A DNA stretch of 64,000 nt from Amphiscolops sp. MND2022. Lineage: Eukaryota. Of this stretch, positions 36,753-50,252 are shown piece by piece. Each line of letters begins with the position of its first letter. Within the stretch, counting starts at the first letter, position 1. A program made the translations under genes and the position numbers. The DNA lies in NCBI GenBank assembly GCA_964187785.1, contig OZ076409.1, positions 98,210,001-98,274,000 on the forward strand, in the 5' to 3' direction. The notes under the pieces are model-generated. The model made no database searches, was not told the DNA's origin, and was given only the letters and a program-made list of their open reading frames with translations.

Positions 36753-39700
36753 GGGTGTGGGTAAGTATGCATGTCTTGTCATGACGTCGACAATGTCACG
36801 TCCAATTGCTTTTGCTGTCGCGTTTTGTGTTGGATACGCGAATAGATAGCGCGAAAAGACATCTTTCATATGACTATTATTTGTAGAGTCGGATTTCGGT
36901 AAAATTGGTAAAACGTCATTCTCTAATATGTCTTCCGGTCCCAAGACGTGTTACTATTGTTAAGCATGTTCGGTGTGATTTGACTGTTTTCGATTCTTTT
37001 ATACTTGACACAGTCTTCGCAGTTCAAGACACATTGTTCGACTCTATTTGCTACTCCTGGACAGAAGTGTTTTGATCTGCATTCTTGGATCATTTTTGTT
37101 CCTCAGTGGTGTTTGTCCATGTAATGCTCTTAGTATTTCGTTTATCAGGCGTTCGGGAATTTTTGTTTGTTGATGTGTGACTTGCCCAAACTCCCCGTAG
37201 TAGTTTCGCATAAGTATCGTATCCCGTCTTTGACTATTAGTGTGTCTTCATGCACTATTAGACGTTTGGCTTTCGGATCAGTTTGTAGCAAGCGTTTGGC
37301 GCTTTCCTCGCATATCAACGTTCTCTTGATTGCTCGAATATTTAAGTCCGTGTCTTGTTCGACTCTTTCTTTATGACCCGGAAAGAATATGTAGCTTTGT
37401 TGATTGGTTTTCATTTCGACGACTATTCGTCGTGCACATTTTGTCTGGCCTGTTCCTTTTGTAGCAGGATCTATTCCTCTGTCTCTCTTGTTTTTTTAGG
37501 GAAGAAGAAAGTGTGTTCTTCGTCTGCAACATCGATTGATTGTAGGTTCACTTTTAATGGACTGATTGTTATGTGGTCTCTTAACTTGAGTTCGACTCCT
37601 CCTTTGGGATTTAGGTCTATTCTTGTTTTGCGTCCCGTTACGTGCATTATGTGAAATTTGAGTTTTTGGACATAGTCACACGCGTTCCACAGCGTGGGAG
37701 AGATGGCTCCTGTTCAAAAAAAAGCGTGTGACTAACATTTTGTCGGTCATTAAAAGTCTCGGTAATGTGTTTTCCCCACAAGAAATAACTGCATTCTAAT
37801 AATGCGTGATATACTCCTAGGAAGTCCTTGCAGTAAATTGACATTTTTATTCGGGCTAATGTGAACACATTTGATCCGAACGCAAATGGTGCGAACGAAA
37901 AAATTTTTCTTCGAACTCAGCTTTTTCTCGTCACTTTTTTCTGTCATCAGCGCATAGCCTGAGGCGCGAAAGCTGACATCCTTCATTGAGACGTATTGGC
38001 ATCCTGTGATTGGTTGTTTGTCAGCCAATCCAAACGCTTCCGCTAGCGATCCGTTGATCGCTTTATAGTTGTCCAGCAATTCTTCTGGTATTTTAACTCT
38101 CTGCTCATCCGTTTTCAGAAGCTTGTAAATACGAGTATTTTTTCGAAAAGACGCGGGATAAATTTGCGATAGTAAATGACAAAGCCGATGCTTCTTTGAA
38201 GTTGCTTTTTCGATTTGGGAAATACCATGTTCGCTAGAAATTTTTGAATTTTGTGATCTTGGGAAGCTACTTGTTCGAGCGTGGTTGTTCTGCTTAGAAA
38301 TTTACTTTGTGTCTCTCCGAAATGGCAATTTTTAGTGGTCAATTTGAGTCCAGTTTTTCTGATGCTCGGATATTGCGTATTTGTTGCGTGACTGTTTTTG
38401 CCGCTATTCCAATGTCGTCGACGATTTGTCAACATTGGTTTGCCTTCATTACTTCGTCCAAGTATTTGCTCATAAAACTAGAAAATGCTGATAGGGCCCT
38501 GCTTAGGCCAGTCTTTTGTATGAGAACGTTCTGCTGGCGAAGTTGAAGGCCATCATTTCTACTGATCTGTGATCTGCCATTTGTAGACAATGGTTGGCCT
38601 GTGAACAGTCTAGATTGCAGAAAAGTTTTTACAAGCTGGGTGTTGGGCTGCATCTCACCAGGTGCTAACTGAATGATTGTTGTTTGTGTAATCATCTGTG
38701 ATTAGCGAGTTTACTTTTTGCCGGTCGACAAGTAGACGCAATTTGCCAATTGGTTTTCGTTGAGCGAAAATTGGGCTGGCGTAATTCGGAAAAGGCAGTG
38801 TTGTTATTATGCCAAAGCGGTGCATTAGCACATATTTTACTGTGAGGTCTTCTCTCAAGTTGCAAGTTGATTGGGAATGGTAAGCTCTGTGTGTAGACTG
38901 AACTTTCATCTTTGAATGTTAGTTTTACTTTGAAGCTGGTGTTAACCCCGATGTCTAAGCGGTGACGCGCAAAGATGTCATTGTATTCCACAAATGTTTG
39001 CTCCAATCGTTTTCTATTTTTTCCGATTATTCGTGAGATTTCTCATTGGAACATGCCAAAAAGTGATTTCATTGATTCTCCGTCTTTCGTGGGGTCTAAT
39101 TCTTTTTTTGATGAATTCCCGGATCTCGTTGAGTATACACCGTTGTATAGGTGTATGGTCATCCTCCTTTCTTGGGTTTTTGGGGTTGAGGAACGAGAAA
39201 TTTTCATCGATGTGTTCCCCTTCCCTCGTTTTCAAGAGTTCATGGACGTACAGATGGGTATCGTCTAGGTCCTCTAGCAGTTTTAGCGTGGCAGCATCTA
39301 TGGGCCGCATTTGTTTGGTATCCTCTTTTCTGAGCATTTGGAATTCTTTCTAGTTTAGTGTGATTCGCGATGGTGTAAGGGAACTTTGTTAGGTTGACCA
39401 TTCATTCTGATGCGTTGTCGTTTTCTGTGTGCAGTTGTCAGCGCTGGGGCAACAATTATGGTTGCCGTTTCATCAAATTGTGGCAAAGGTTGTACTGCTC
39501 CCGGGACATCATTTGTGTTGGTGATGTTGACCATTGTTGCTACTCTTGTGAGTTGTTGTGGCTGTAGTGTTTGATTCTCCTCGGCTAGGTTTTGGAGTGG
39601 TTTAGGGTAACAGTTCTTCATCTCATTAGTCTGGGCTAACGTCATTCCAACGTGTGGAAAGTTGATTGTTGCGTTGGCTGTGTATATGACTGCTTGGTGA

Positions 39701-42700
39701 TTTCTCATGAAGTTTAATCCAAATATCGGAAGGACGTTTCCGAGAGGATGACGTGTCAGTGAATGTGTATGTTCCTACTTTGAATATCCGCAGTGGCAAT
39801 GGGCTGCTCGGATTTTGCATTTGCAGACTCGATTTTAAAAGGTGGCTGGGGGTGTTCCCTGATGACGGAATTTTCGCTACTCAATTTGATCATATTGTAA
39901 TCTGACCATGACTGCTCGTTGATGTATGCTCCGGAGTTGACTATTGCATCCAGCGTTATTTTAACAAATTCGAGAAGTAAGTAGAGCATCCTTCTTCGTT
40001 TTTTGATCAGGATTGTAGAATGTAGGGGTATGCAAATAACTCCATCTTCTTCGATGATGTACTTTGATATAGTTGAGTGTCTCGGGGAGGTCGTCAGGGA
40101 AGTTTTGAGTTGTTGTAATGATAAAGCTGGTGTGAATTTCCGAGGACAGTTGTGACGGGGTTATTCGTCGTGGGCGTTGTCTTTTTGCGGTTCTGTTGGA
40201 TCGATGATGCTGTTTTTGAAGGTGGGGGAGGATTGGTCGCATGTGTCTGATTTTTCCAAAGAGCTCTTCAGTAGTCTTTGTCAAAGATGTAAGTGCATTC
40301 TGGGTGTGACCCTGGCAGTGCTTGTTTGGTGGTCATGCAATGGTCGTCAGACTCAGCAATCTGTTCGGGATATTCTTTTTTTGTTCGTTTTTGGCCTTAA
40401 ATCTCTTCTGAGCTGCGACATTTTGTCGTCTCTACCAATTTTCTGTAAGTACTCCGTTGTCATTGGTATTTGAGTTTCAAGTGTATTCTTTAGAGGGATG
40501 TTTTATTGAGTACGCCCTCGCGTTTACTGTTTCCCAGGAACCCAGGCGCGGCGTGTCTGGTTTTTTATTTTTCTGTTGAGACTGATGTTGTCGGTTTGAC
40601 GTTGTTTTTTTCTACTTGGTTACGCTTCGGTCGTGGATAGTTGGCAGTTGCGTTGGCCCCGTCCCAACAATCTTCCGTTTTGTGGGGTTTGCCGCTCGTG
40701 TTGCAGTTTGGTCTGTTGCCTTCATCGTTGTTATTGGGTCCATTGTTTCGCCTGGTTTGTTGCCACTTGCAACTTTTCATTTTCCTTCTTTCGGCTTCAA
40801 AGTGTTCAATTCGTTGCAGTAAAAGGGGTAGACATTTTTCGCTTCTTTAAATCTGTCTTCTGCAGGTTTTTGTCCTTTTGGAGGCTGGGCTTGTTCTATT
40901 GTTTTTTCAGTGGGACAAAAGCGACTTCATCAGGGGCGTCTAATCCATTAATAAGTCTCAATTCTCGTTCCAAATGGGGTACTAAGTCGCTGTAGGGTTT
41001 GTCTTCCAAGCAGGTTCAATTTCATATCTTTTGGACATGATCCGGCATCTTGGCACATGATCCGATCACCTTGTCTATAAACTGTTGGGTCGCTGCCTCA
41101 AAGTCCTCTTTGGCGGGTTTTTGCAGTGTGTCTTGCATCCCAATCACATCGTGCCTTTGCCATCGATAGATAGTCCCCAAAGCGGCGTTCGAAAGCGTAT
41201 ATTGTAAAAGATATCTTTTTTAGGGTCTTCTAGAATTCGAAATGATTCGAGAGCATCTATCTCCACGGAGTAGAGAGTGGAAGTACCTAATTTTTTGGAT
41301 TACCGTAAGATGTGGGTACATCTTGATATCTTGATGTTTTACTGAAAAGTCTTCAAATAGCTCGAACTTTCCCTATTTTTCGACAAGCGTTGGAGGTGGT
41401 GCTGCTAGTGCTGTCGGCATGGGCAGCGTAGCGTTGTGAGTTTTATCCGGGGCGAAGAGTGTCCTGACAACTATGGGACGTTCTTTGGACGCTGGTTAGC
41501 TTTGGGATCTCTGTTTTGCTTTTTTCTTTCGTAACCACTTGTACAACGGTCGTAATTCAGAACGGGGTTTATTTTGACTGATCTTGTTGGGGAGTAGAAA
41601 CTTCTAGAGTCTTCTGTTACAGTAGTTTTGCTTTCTTCTTACACTCTCGCCTGTTTTATGTTTCAAACATTTCAACAGTTCCTTTCGGGATTCTATCAGC
41701 AGTACTCAGAGTCTGAATTTCGACATAATTTCCTCTTTCAAAGACGCACCAGACTCTCCAAGACGCTATTCTCAACTCTCCACCATCGTTTTTTTGGGTT
41801 CTTGTTGACATCATGTTGAAATGAATTTTTTATACAATTTTGAATTCAATCATTTTAATAGCTGTCGTTTTTAAATGAACAGGTTGAATGAACTTTTTAC
41901 AGAATTCAAGGTATATAAAATCTTTGAGGCGATCCTTTGCATCCTTTGATCACGATAGTTCACCTAAATATTTCTCGAACAACCAGTCTGTGATATCGGG
42001 GCCAAAATGAACCAATGGTATAGAAAAATCACACTTCAGCAAGCAACGCTAATATTGCGCAACGTAAAAATGAAAGGTGGTAAAACAAAATCCACGCTTA
42101 GCTTTGGTAGCAAATACCGAATATCATTCGTTTAACAACAACATAACTAGTTCTTCCAGGTGTCTGGGAACTGAGACCAACCTGGATGACGACGTGACGA
42201 CGTCAAATTGGACGGATAGCAAAATAGGATGACCATGATGATTAAAGAAAAAAGCACATGTATGAAAATACTATCGAAATGCTAAAATACATTCACTCTG
42301 CCTCCAATTTCTAAACTGTCACTTTCCAATTGTGAGCCATAGGAAGACCGTCAAATCAAGATACATGCGTTAAACCAGCCCTAATTTTCATTTGAATACT
42401 TTTGATCTCCTCTAACGTAACCTAGACGTCAGATCAGAGTTCCATTAAATGTTTCCTAATTTTTGACGTGCAGGTAATATGATTTCGAACTAGTTTCCAT
42501 CTAAAATTCATTGCTGAAATAACCTCTTCATGAATTTAACATTACCTACCTTCAAAAACTTGCGGCGTCATGTTGACGAGTTTTATTGGCAAGCTTGGCA
42601 GTATGAATGGAATGAACTAACTATACTTCAGCGTCATGGATTCTCTTATGTAAAACTTCCCAAATTCACAGTACCGAAAACACTGTGGTGTAACCTTTGG

Positions 42701-43821
42701 GCCCTAAAGACTTTCTTGCTTTGATTCTCATCAGAAAAATTAAGTACTTTGGATAAAATGTCAAAAATTTGGATATGGTGTGCTTTTCGTTCGATTTCAA
42801 AGGAAACGAAACATCGAAACTATCAAAAAAATATATTCGAGTCTCCAGCTCCTCCACAGTAAAACGCAATTTACTTCCCATATAAGGTTGAAAGTTCGGA
42901 TATAGCGTGCTCTTTTCGAATTTGGAAGGAAACGGAACAACCAAACAGATGATGAGGTTCGAAACTCCGCCACCTCCAACCACCGAACAACTGAGTGATT
43001 TCAATTCCTGTTTCAACAATGAGGTAATCATCCGTGAATAAATTTGTTCAGTCAATGTGAACACTCAATGTCCGAGAAGTGATGCAGAGACAATAAACAT
43101 CCGGTTCGAAATCCGGTTAAACTTTGGTAATGTAATCCTCCTCACGACCGGGAAAACCTACAAGGGCACAAGCAATAGTGTGTATGGAGAGACACTAAAC
43201 ACATAAGGTACTTTTCCTGTAAACGACTTCTTTCAGGCATGTTTCCAAGACTCTCTCCTTACAGTTTTCTCCCCCGTGAATTTTCCTTTTCCTTTCACAA
43301 ATGTGAAAAAACCAACCATTATGCATTCTTTACAAATGGACGCAGAAATGTTGATTAAACTTGGAACTTGAGTACTAGGTAAAACTAAATACTTTTGGAA
43401 CTCGTTATCCCGCGAAATATCATCCGGATTTTTCACATCTCTGGTCCTCTTCAACGTTTAAATGCACTGGTTACTCTGGCTCATTTTTTCTGGACTACTG
43501 GAAAACTTCATGACTGTGAATCATACTGACTTTAAATGTCAATTTGCAAAATAATGAAAGACGGTGAACAAATAATAGAAGTGTATGCCTCAATGAGCTT
43601 CCAATCAGAAACTTCTAATCACCCTATTATTATTACAAAGGTTTTTCCTAATTTAACAACTTAGTCGTTTAGCAACTGTTTTCTAACATCTAGTATGCAT
43701 ATAAACTTACATATATTTATTTGTATTCAATTTTTCTTTTCTGTATTATTTTGTTTATTTATTTTTAAATCATTATGTATATTTTTGTAGGTCTTTTTTT
43801 GTATTTGCTATTTGGCATTAG

Positions 43822-44178
43822 TTTGGTATATTATCTTAGTATGGTATCATTTTGGTATATTATCTTAGTATGGTAATATCTTGGTATATTATCTTAGTAT
43901 GGTATTATTTTGGTATATTATCTTAGTATGGTAATATCTTGGTATATTATCTTAGTATGGTATTATTTTGGTATATTATCTTAGTATGGTAATATCTTGG
44001 TATATTATCTTAGTATGGTATTATTTTGGTATATTATCTTAGTATGGTAATATCTTGGTATATTATCTTAGTATGGTATTATTTTGGTATATTATCTTAG
44101 TATGGTAATATCTTGGTATGTTATCTTAGTATGGTAATATCTTGGTATATTATCTTAGTATGGTATTATTTTGGTATT
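43822..44178. repeat. 29-bp minisatellite (~12 copies) with alternating variants (58-bp dimer)
   Basis: TGGTATATTATCTTAGTATGGTA followed by either ATATCT or TTATTT. Confidence 0.95.
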
Positions 44179-45434
44179 TTGGTACTATAGTGATGCTCTG
44201 AAACACCTCTAGAATAGAAAATTGGTAATTGAATTCACAATTGCAACGTCTAAGACAAGAGTCACCCAATGCCAGTATCGCGCAGCAGTTTTAACCAATG
44301 CTTTTTGAAAGAGTTCAAACTTGTACAATTTGGGTGCACTTTGAAAGTAAAAGTATTCTCTCCTCTTGAGAATCAACAAAAAGATTTAGTTCAAAACGGT
44401 CATTTGTGGTAGGTTGTCTACCCGAATGAGCTTCAAGACGAACGAATTTAAAGCCGAAAATCGACAATCAACATATACAGATTACGTAATCGTAGTGCGG
44501 CTTCTGTAGCCGTTCGTATAACAATTGCTTTTTTCGTCGTCCACTCAGATTCTAGATTGGCTTTATTTTCGTTCTTGTTCAAGGTCGTTCGTTTATACAA
44601 AGGACGGACTACCACTGAACAGAAAGAACTACACTGTACTATTCTACTTGATCTCTACTAGATGAACCAAAAAAACGGAACGTGCAAAACTTTTTGAGCT
44701 CTCGAAGTTTTAAATATTTGTCATCAAACGTTTCAAAACAACGTTCAACGCTCCTGTCAATTATTCAAACTTGTGGTGTTCGGCAATTACGCCCAAGGAA
44801 ATTACGATAACGTAATCAGCTATGCTCACATACCCCTAGTTCCCTAAATGCAGGAGCGAAGCGAAGCGGAGCGACGTGCCATATGGCCATTCCTCAATGT
44901 TGCTACTTGGCGAAGGAAGCGACGCGACCGAACCATACAACAAATATGCTAACCTCTTCAAATAATAACCTGGAAAAAATCGCTGCTATGGAATTCTTTC
45001 GACGCTTTGAAGAGTTCAATTTCCTTGGGCGGGCGTAATTTACTTAGGCGTAATTCTCTTCGGCGTAATTTCCTACAACCGCAAAAATTTGTGCATTCCG
45101 TTTTTTGTTCACCTAGTAGTAAAATGTCAGCGTTTCTCAATGACCAAGTCGTTCGTGCGTTTGGGACTGTTCTCAATTCCCAGCAACTTGAGGCACGCAT
45201 TGATTTTCCTAAGTCATTGATTCTCAGTTTTTTGCGTCGCGTGTGAATTGACTCAACTCCATGCAATGAAACGACAACATGCTTACATTTGCATTTGCAT
45301 CATGTAACTTTTTATATCTACTTTACGCGTTTATACTTTGCTCTTGAAAGGACGTTGATTGGCAATAAAAAAACTAATGAATAACTGTAAAAATACTTTT
45401 TCCACTAAACGGGACGAGCGCACTTCGATATAAC

Positions 45435-46965
45435 TGTAAGAGCCACGTCCCGTGGTGTCTCTCAAATCACCAACAGACCGCGAGTCCTTTTTCGATAATT
45501 TTGTTTTCACGCCGGATGAATTTTCCCTATTTTCCTGACTGCTAGGAGACATGCTAGCCTCAGTGTCCCTGTTCCCAGAGGAAGACATTGAACTCACAAT
45601 GTTTTGAATCTCTGGTAGCACCTTTTCTGATATGGCAGTACTGATTGCCCTATTTATTTGATTATGTACCATGGCCATCATGGAATCCATTTCTTGAGAC
45701 AGTCTAAGATTAAATTCATTTGAGAACGTTTCAAAGGACTGCCTAACATCGTTCTGCCTGTACTCACTATTCCCATGGGAGAAGTTTCTGTATTCATCCC
45801 TTTGGTACAGATTAGTCTCACTGTCACTATGAACTGAAGATTGTTCAATTGCTTCGGTTAATTCTCTCTCAATAGGATTTTCACTCCCATTACCTAACAT
45901 TACGTCCAAGTTGTCTATATCGGACATCATGTCCATTTCTCTAGACTTTCTTGCCTTAGCTTTCTGTCTTCTTGTGGAAGGCATAAATGGTTGTACTAGA
46001 GGTAATATTTAAATTATTCTAGTAATCGGTTATTAACAACTGAACGGTTAATAATTTGTATCTGAATATTATCAAAAGGTGAAACTGATAATAATATCGC
46101 TTGTCAAATTGTGTCCCCGAGGACAGCTAGTCCTGGGTATTTATAGTTAGGGCGGGGGTGATGAACTAATTTCAGGGTGTCATGCATCTATTTTTAGAAC
46201 ATAACAGCTAAAAATAGCACCGTGATGTCATCAACTCACTAAATATATACTTCAAAGGGCTAGCGGTGATTGAATATTAATACGGCCTCCATGGCTACAA
46301 TGACAATGACAGCCAAGAATTACATATATTAACATGTAAAAGCAACAATTCATGTATCATGTTTTATAACATGACTTTTCTAGCCATATTAGCTAGAATG
46401 TATCTAAAATAGTAAGCATCAAGATTTTAATTTCTGTACTTTCAAGGTACAGGAATGGTCAAGTATCCACGCTGTCTTATTATAGCAACTAATAGAACAG
46501 CTTTCGACTATCTAAAATAACAGCATTGTCGGCTTGTGTCAAAGTGGACACGCTGTCCTTTATTTATTTCCAAGCCGTGAGAATGAAAGCCAAGTACGGC
46601 GCAGGTACTAATACCGCCATATTGGTTTAATAGCAACTGTACATGTACATAACTAAATACTGCTCTCTGATTGGTTGATTTCAAATCAGATGCTTTGTCC
46701 AAGGCGACAGGCAAGAAAACATTTGAACTCGTTTCCTTTGCCTGTACGCCTTGGTGTCCAATTTCAAATTCACCGTACATTAATATACATATGAATAGTA
46801 ACAGCATCTAACATTTTACATTGAGTATAAAATCAACTAATACTAAGCAATCGAAATATTACTTTCCGAGCAAGTTTTAATTTATTGGGAGGGTATTCGG
46901 CAGGGCTCTTTGGTAGCTGTGGCTTATTGAATACAGATTCCCATCACAGGCGGCCGCCTGGGACA
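45435..46965 (-). repeat. 3' LTR (1531 bp)
   Basis: Direct repeat of 51381-52908, preceded by the PPT on the minus strand. Confidence 0.95.
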
Positions 46966-47710
46966 CTCCCCCTGGAATCAACATAAAAGAGCCGACTTTC
47001 ATTCCTTCCAGGAAAGCGAGTCTCCTAGCATTGAATTGCTCTGGTAGTTCCCCGTAAACTGCCGTCTTGTGAAGATAGTCAATCACAGCCTCATCCTGAA
47101 TCTGCTCCACCGATTTGCCGCACACAAGGCAATCTGTACATCCTGTCATGTACGGTGTAAGACTGCCATCAGCCATTTTGAAATGAGAGTAATTCTGCAT
47201 CCCTTGTCCGCTGAGTAGCACTGTTTGTCCCACCGGATTTTGCTCGTCGTACATTGGATACTTGTCCTGCGGTGGCGGCGATAGCGGGGTATCTACCATC
47301 GGTATCAGCTGCCTGCACACATTAATCGGGTGATTGTTCTTCTGGCGGCTGTCTCACGGGACCGGCCCCCTTCCCATGCCCAAGTCAAAATAACCAGCAT
47401 TGAATGTAGGTTCTGGAGTGGGCATTGGCCTGGGTGTCCCTTTCCTCTTGTATTTAACAGTGTCTTTATCAGGAACCGGGATTGCTTTGCTTGTAGATGG
47501 AATTTCCATCTGCCTCTCTATACATCGGGCCAAAAGTGCGACTTCGTCATCTTCCGGTTCTGACAAGTCGTCCAGGTCTTCCACCGAACTCGTACTTAGG
47601 CACTCCATTGATTCATCGCTCGAGATGTAAATTATACCATCCCCCGGTGCCGCGCCTTGGAAGTCCATAGGAAATAAGGTGCTTTCCGGAAATAACTCTT
47701 GCTGGTCCAT
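46877..47710 (-). CDS. Unknown accessory ORF (278 codons, one internal TGA) ending inside the 3' LTR
   Basis: ORFs 47354-47764 and 46877-47320 share a frame and are separated only by TGA at 47354-47356. Acidic and Pro-rich N-terminal half; GCTDCLVCG motif. Confidence 0.65.
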
Positions 47711-48911
47711 TTCAAATCTTTCTTTTATTATTTTCTTCGCAATTTTGAAAGTAATAATTTCCAAGAGCCAACTAGTTCTTGCAGTAGAGAAAAGTCCGAA
47801 TGAAATATTTTCAAGCGGATTTTCCTTCAGACTTTGTTTGGTGGATTTCCCGGGTTTCTCGTCTCTCTCCTTGGATATTCTTCAATAACAACGCCGCAAT
47901 GTCTTTGATGACAAGCCGACACCCGTTTGTTGACACCTAATAATCTTTACCGCTCTCCTGAGCGGCGAGTAGCCATCAATAGCATCTTTGAGTGTTTATT
48001 AACACTCATGAACTACTTGAAAGTTTCAAGTGGGTGAATATATAGCTGAAGGCCATGCCGTCCGCCGTAGTTCTAGATAGCCAATAGGAAAGCAGTAATT
48101 TCTCTCTCAACTCAAAATGGGTTTTCAAGGTCATGAATCCTTATAAGGAACAATATAAAATGACCTTGAAAACAAATAAAGAAATGGTAAAATCATGAAA
48201 TAATTCGTAGAATGACAAAGTTTTCTTCAAAATAAGATAAAGTAATGTAGATATTGCTGGCAGACTATATCCACATAATAACCTGAATTGTACATAATTG
48301 TAAATTAGACACCAAACTGTATAGCCACGAACTCCAACTTTGACATATTGTCACATCGCCAATTCTCTTCAGATTCTTTTACATCTCAATTCCATTTGTA
48401 TTACTCTTTTCTTCTTTGTATTACTTGTATCTATTCACCACATTTACTCTTCATCGTATTTAATCCATAGTTAGCTTTAGTCTACAAGTCGTATTTATTT
48501 GCATTTGTCTTTACGTTTTCTTCTCATTTGTGGGATTTTTGGATTGTCCTCGGAAAGACAACTTCTAGCCCCTCTTCAGGCCATTCCCAGCCAACACAAT
48601 CCTTCTTTACTCCTTCTTCTTCTTCCTCTCAAGGAAATCTAACAGCGTTTTCCAACGTTATAGACTTTAATTGGACACCGTGTCTTCGTGGACATCAATC
48701 GCCAAACTTCTTGTCCAGAGCTGTCTTCCCTGCCATCCCGTCCGCTTCCATCTGCACGCAACACAACTTCAACATCATCCCACATCAAAGTCTAAGTAAG
48801 TCAGTTGATCTTGAGTTTCCTTTTGTTCCAATATATATTTTGAATTGAAATTAATGCTTGATCAGAGCTCTCATTTCATTCACGTACTTCCTGTCCAAAT
48901 AACACAAGTGT

Positions 48912-50252
48912 TCACAAGTGTTCAACGTAGTGCCAGGTGGACACTGGGTCTATTGGCCTGACGTGTTTCATCTGTTCAGGGGTCATCACTGAAAAGTTTG
49001 CAATGTGCATCCCTTTCTTTATTTTATAGGGTTGATCAGTGAAATTGTTGACGTGTATACTCATAGCCCCTTCATGTAGTGTGACTATGGCGGCACAGAA
49101 GGTTATGTCGCCTTCCTCGTGCAAAAGATCGCTGGGTTGCAATATGCCCGTAACTGCATTTTCTGCGTAAATTTGTGATTTAATGGGTATGACCACATGG
49201 TCATTGGGCGAAATTGTGACATCCTCGGGATTGAGGATGGGTTCCAAAACATTTGAGTATTTATGGTCAGCCGTCTTGAGTTGCATCGAGAAGTAGGGAA
49301 AGTTGAGTATACCTTGGCGCATGTCCAGGACAGTGTGGTTCCTTTGAAGGAACATTAGTCCAATTATGGGGCTTGACAGTTTTTCCATTACAATGAAAAT
49401 TTCGTGAAATTCTATGTCGCCCACTTCGAATTTTAGTTCGACTGTGCTCTTTGGGGTTTCTAAGTCTCCATTTGCGACCATTATTTGAAAGGATGGGGCA
49501 GGACCTTCTTTTACAATGGATTGGGGGGCCAACAGGCGTATTTTCCTGAGGTCTGCCTCCGGGATTGCGCTGGAGTGAGCTCCAGTGTCTATCAGGCCAT
49601 CTAGAGTTAATTCCCCAAAATCCATTGGGAAATAGAGCATTCGTCGTTTGAATTTAAGTCCAAGGTTTGTTGAAAGGGGAACGTATGGTAATTATCCTTC
49701 TTTGGTCACTAGGAGGTGTAAGAAGGCTGTCTCGTCTAAAAGACTATTAGGAGCCTTGTGGTCCTCCTGTGTGTGTATGGCGTCTACTTCTTGTATAGTT
49801 GCCTCAAAGTTTGGCTGCCAAAGATCAATGAGGGCCCGAGACAGTGTGTTGTCTTCAATGTCTGGGTCGTCCTCGTCGTCAGTTGGAGGATAATCTTCGT
49901 TTCGAAATTGTAAATTTGTTTTGTCATATAGTTCTTCGTCCCAGTACGGGTCTTTGCCATACTGGGGGTCATAGTATTGAGGGTTATAATATTCAACAGT
50001 TTGTAAGGGTCTAAATTGAGTTTCGGAGTCGTTGTAGTTACTGTTCCGTCGATATAAGTATGGATGATCACTGTGGATGATATATTGAGTTTCTCTGCGG
50101 GCGTTGGCCATCTGCTGCTGCCAGACAGCCGATGGCATCCCTGTGGTGTCGTTTTGAGTTTGTTTATATGTAATATTTGGAGGGTCAGATATGACGTACT
50201 GTCGTACTGACATCTTGTTACATATTTGGAGTCGTGGCGAAATTAGTTTTTT
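48912..50252 (-). pseudogene. pol: Truncated pol in the -1 frame: spacer, aspartic protease and a dUTPase-like region; one in-frame stop at 49692-49694; ends before RT
   Basis: LIDTGA catalytic motif. VTISPNDHVVIP...VNNFTDQPYKIKKGMHIANF resembles a degenerate dUTPase fold (inference). Confidence 0.82.

Larger units (their letters stand above)
34860..41810 (-). mobile_element. Old, heavily mutated Gypsy gag-pol
   Basis: Fragments: Gag (KFELFED; HLERELRLNGL; CNTSGKPHKTEDC), protease (LDAIVNSGA), RT (YASPIFAQRKPIGKLRLLVD; KNCHFG; LQRSIGFVIYYRKFI), RNase H (KDVSFRASGYAL), integrase (DVFSRYLFAYP; YNTFYHETLG) and an RPNPK-type C-terminus. Many stops and frameshifts. LTR pair not resolved. Confidence 0.88.

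Noticed and set aside
46508..46807. 99-aa ORF in both long LTRs
   Set aside because: Its duplication simply reflects LTR identity; there is no recognisable motif or other evidence of coding.
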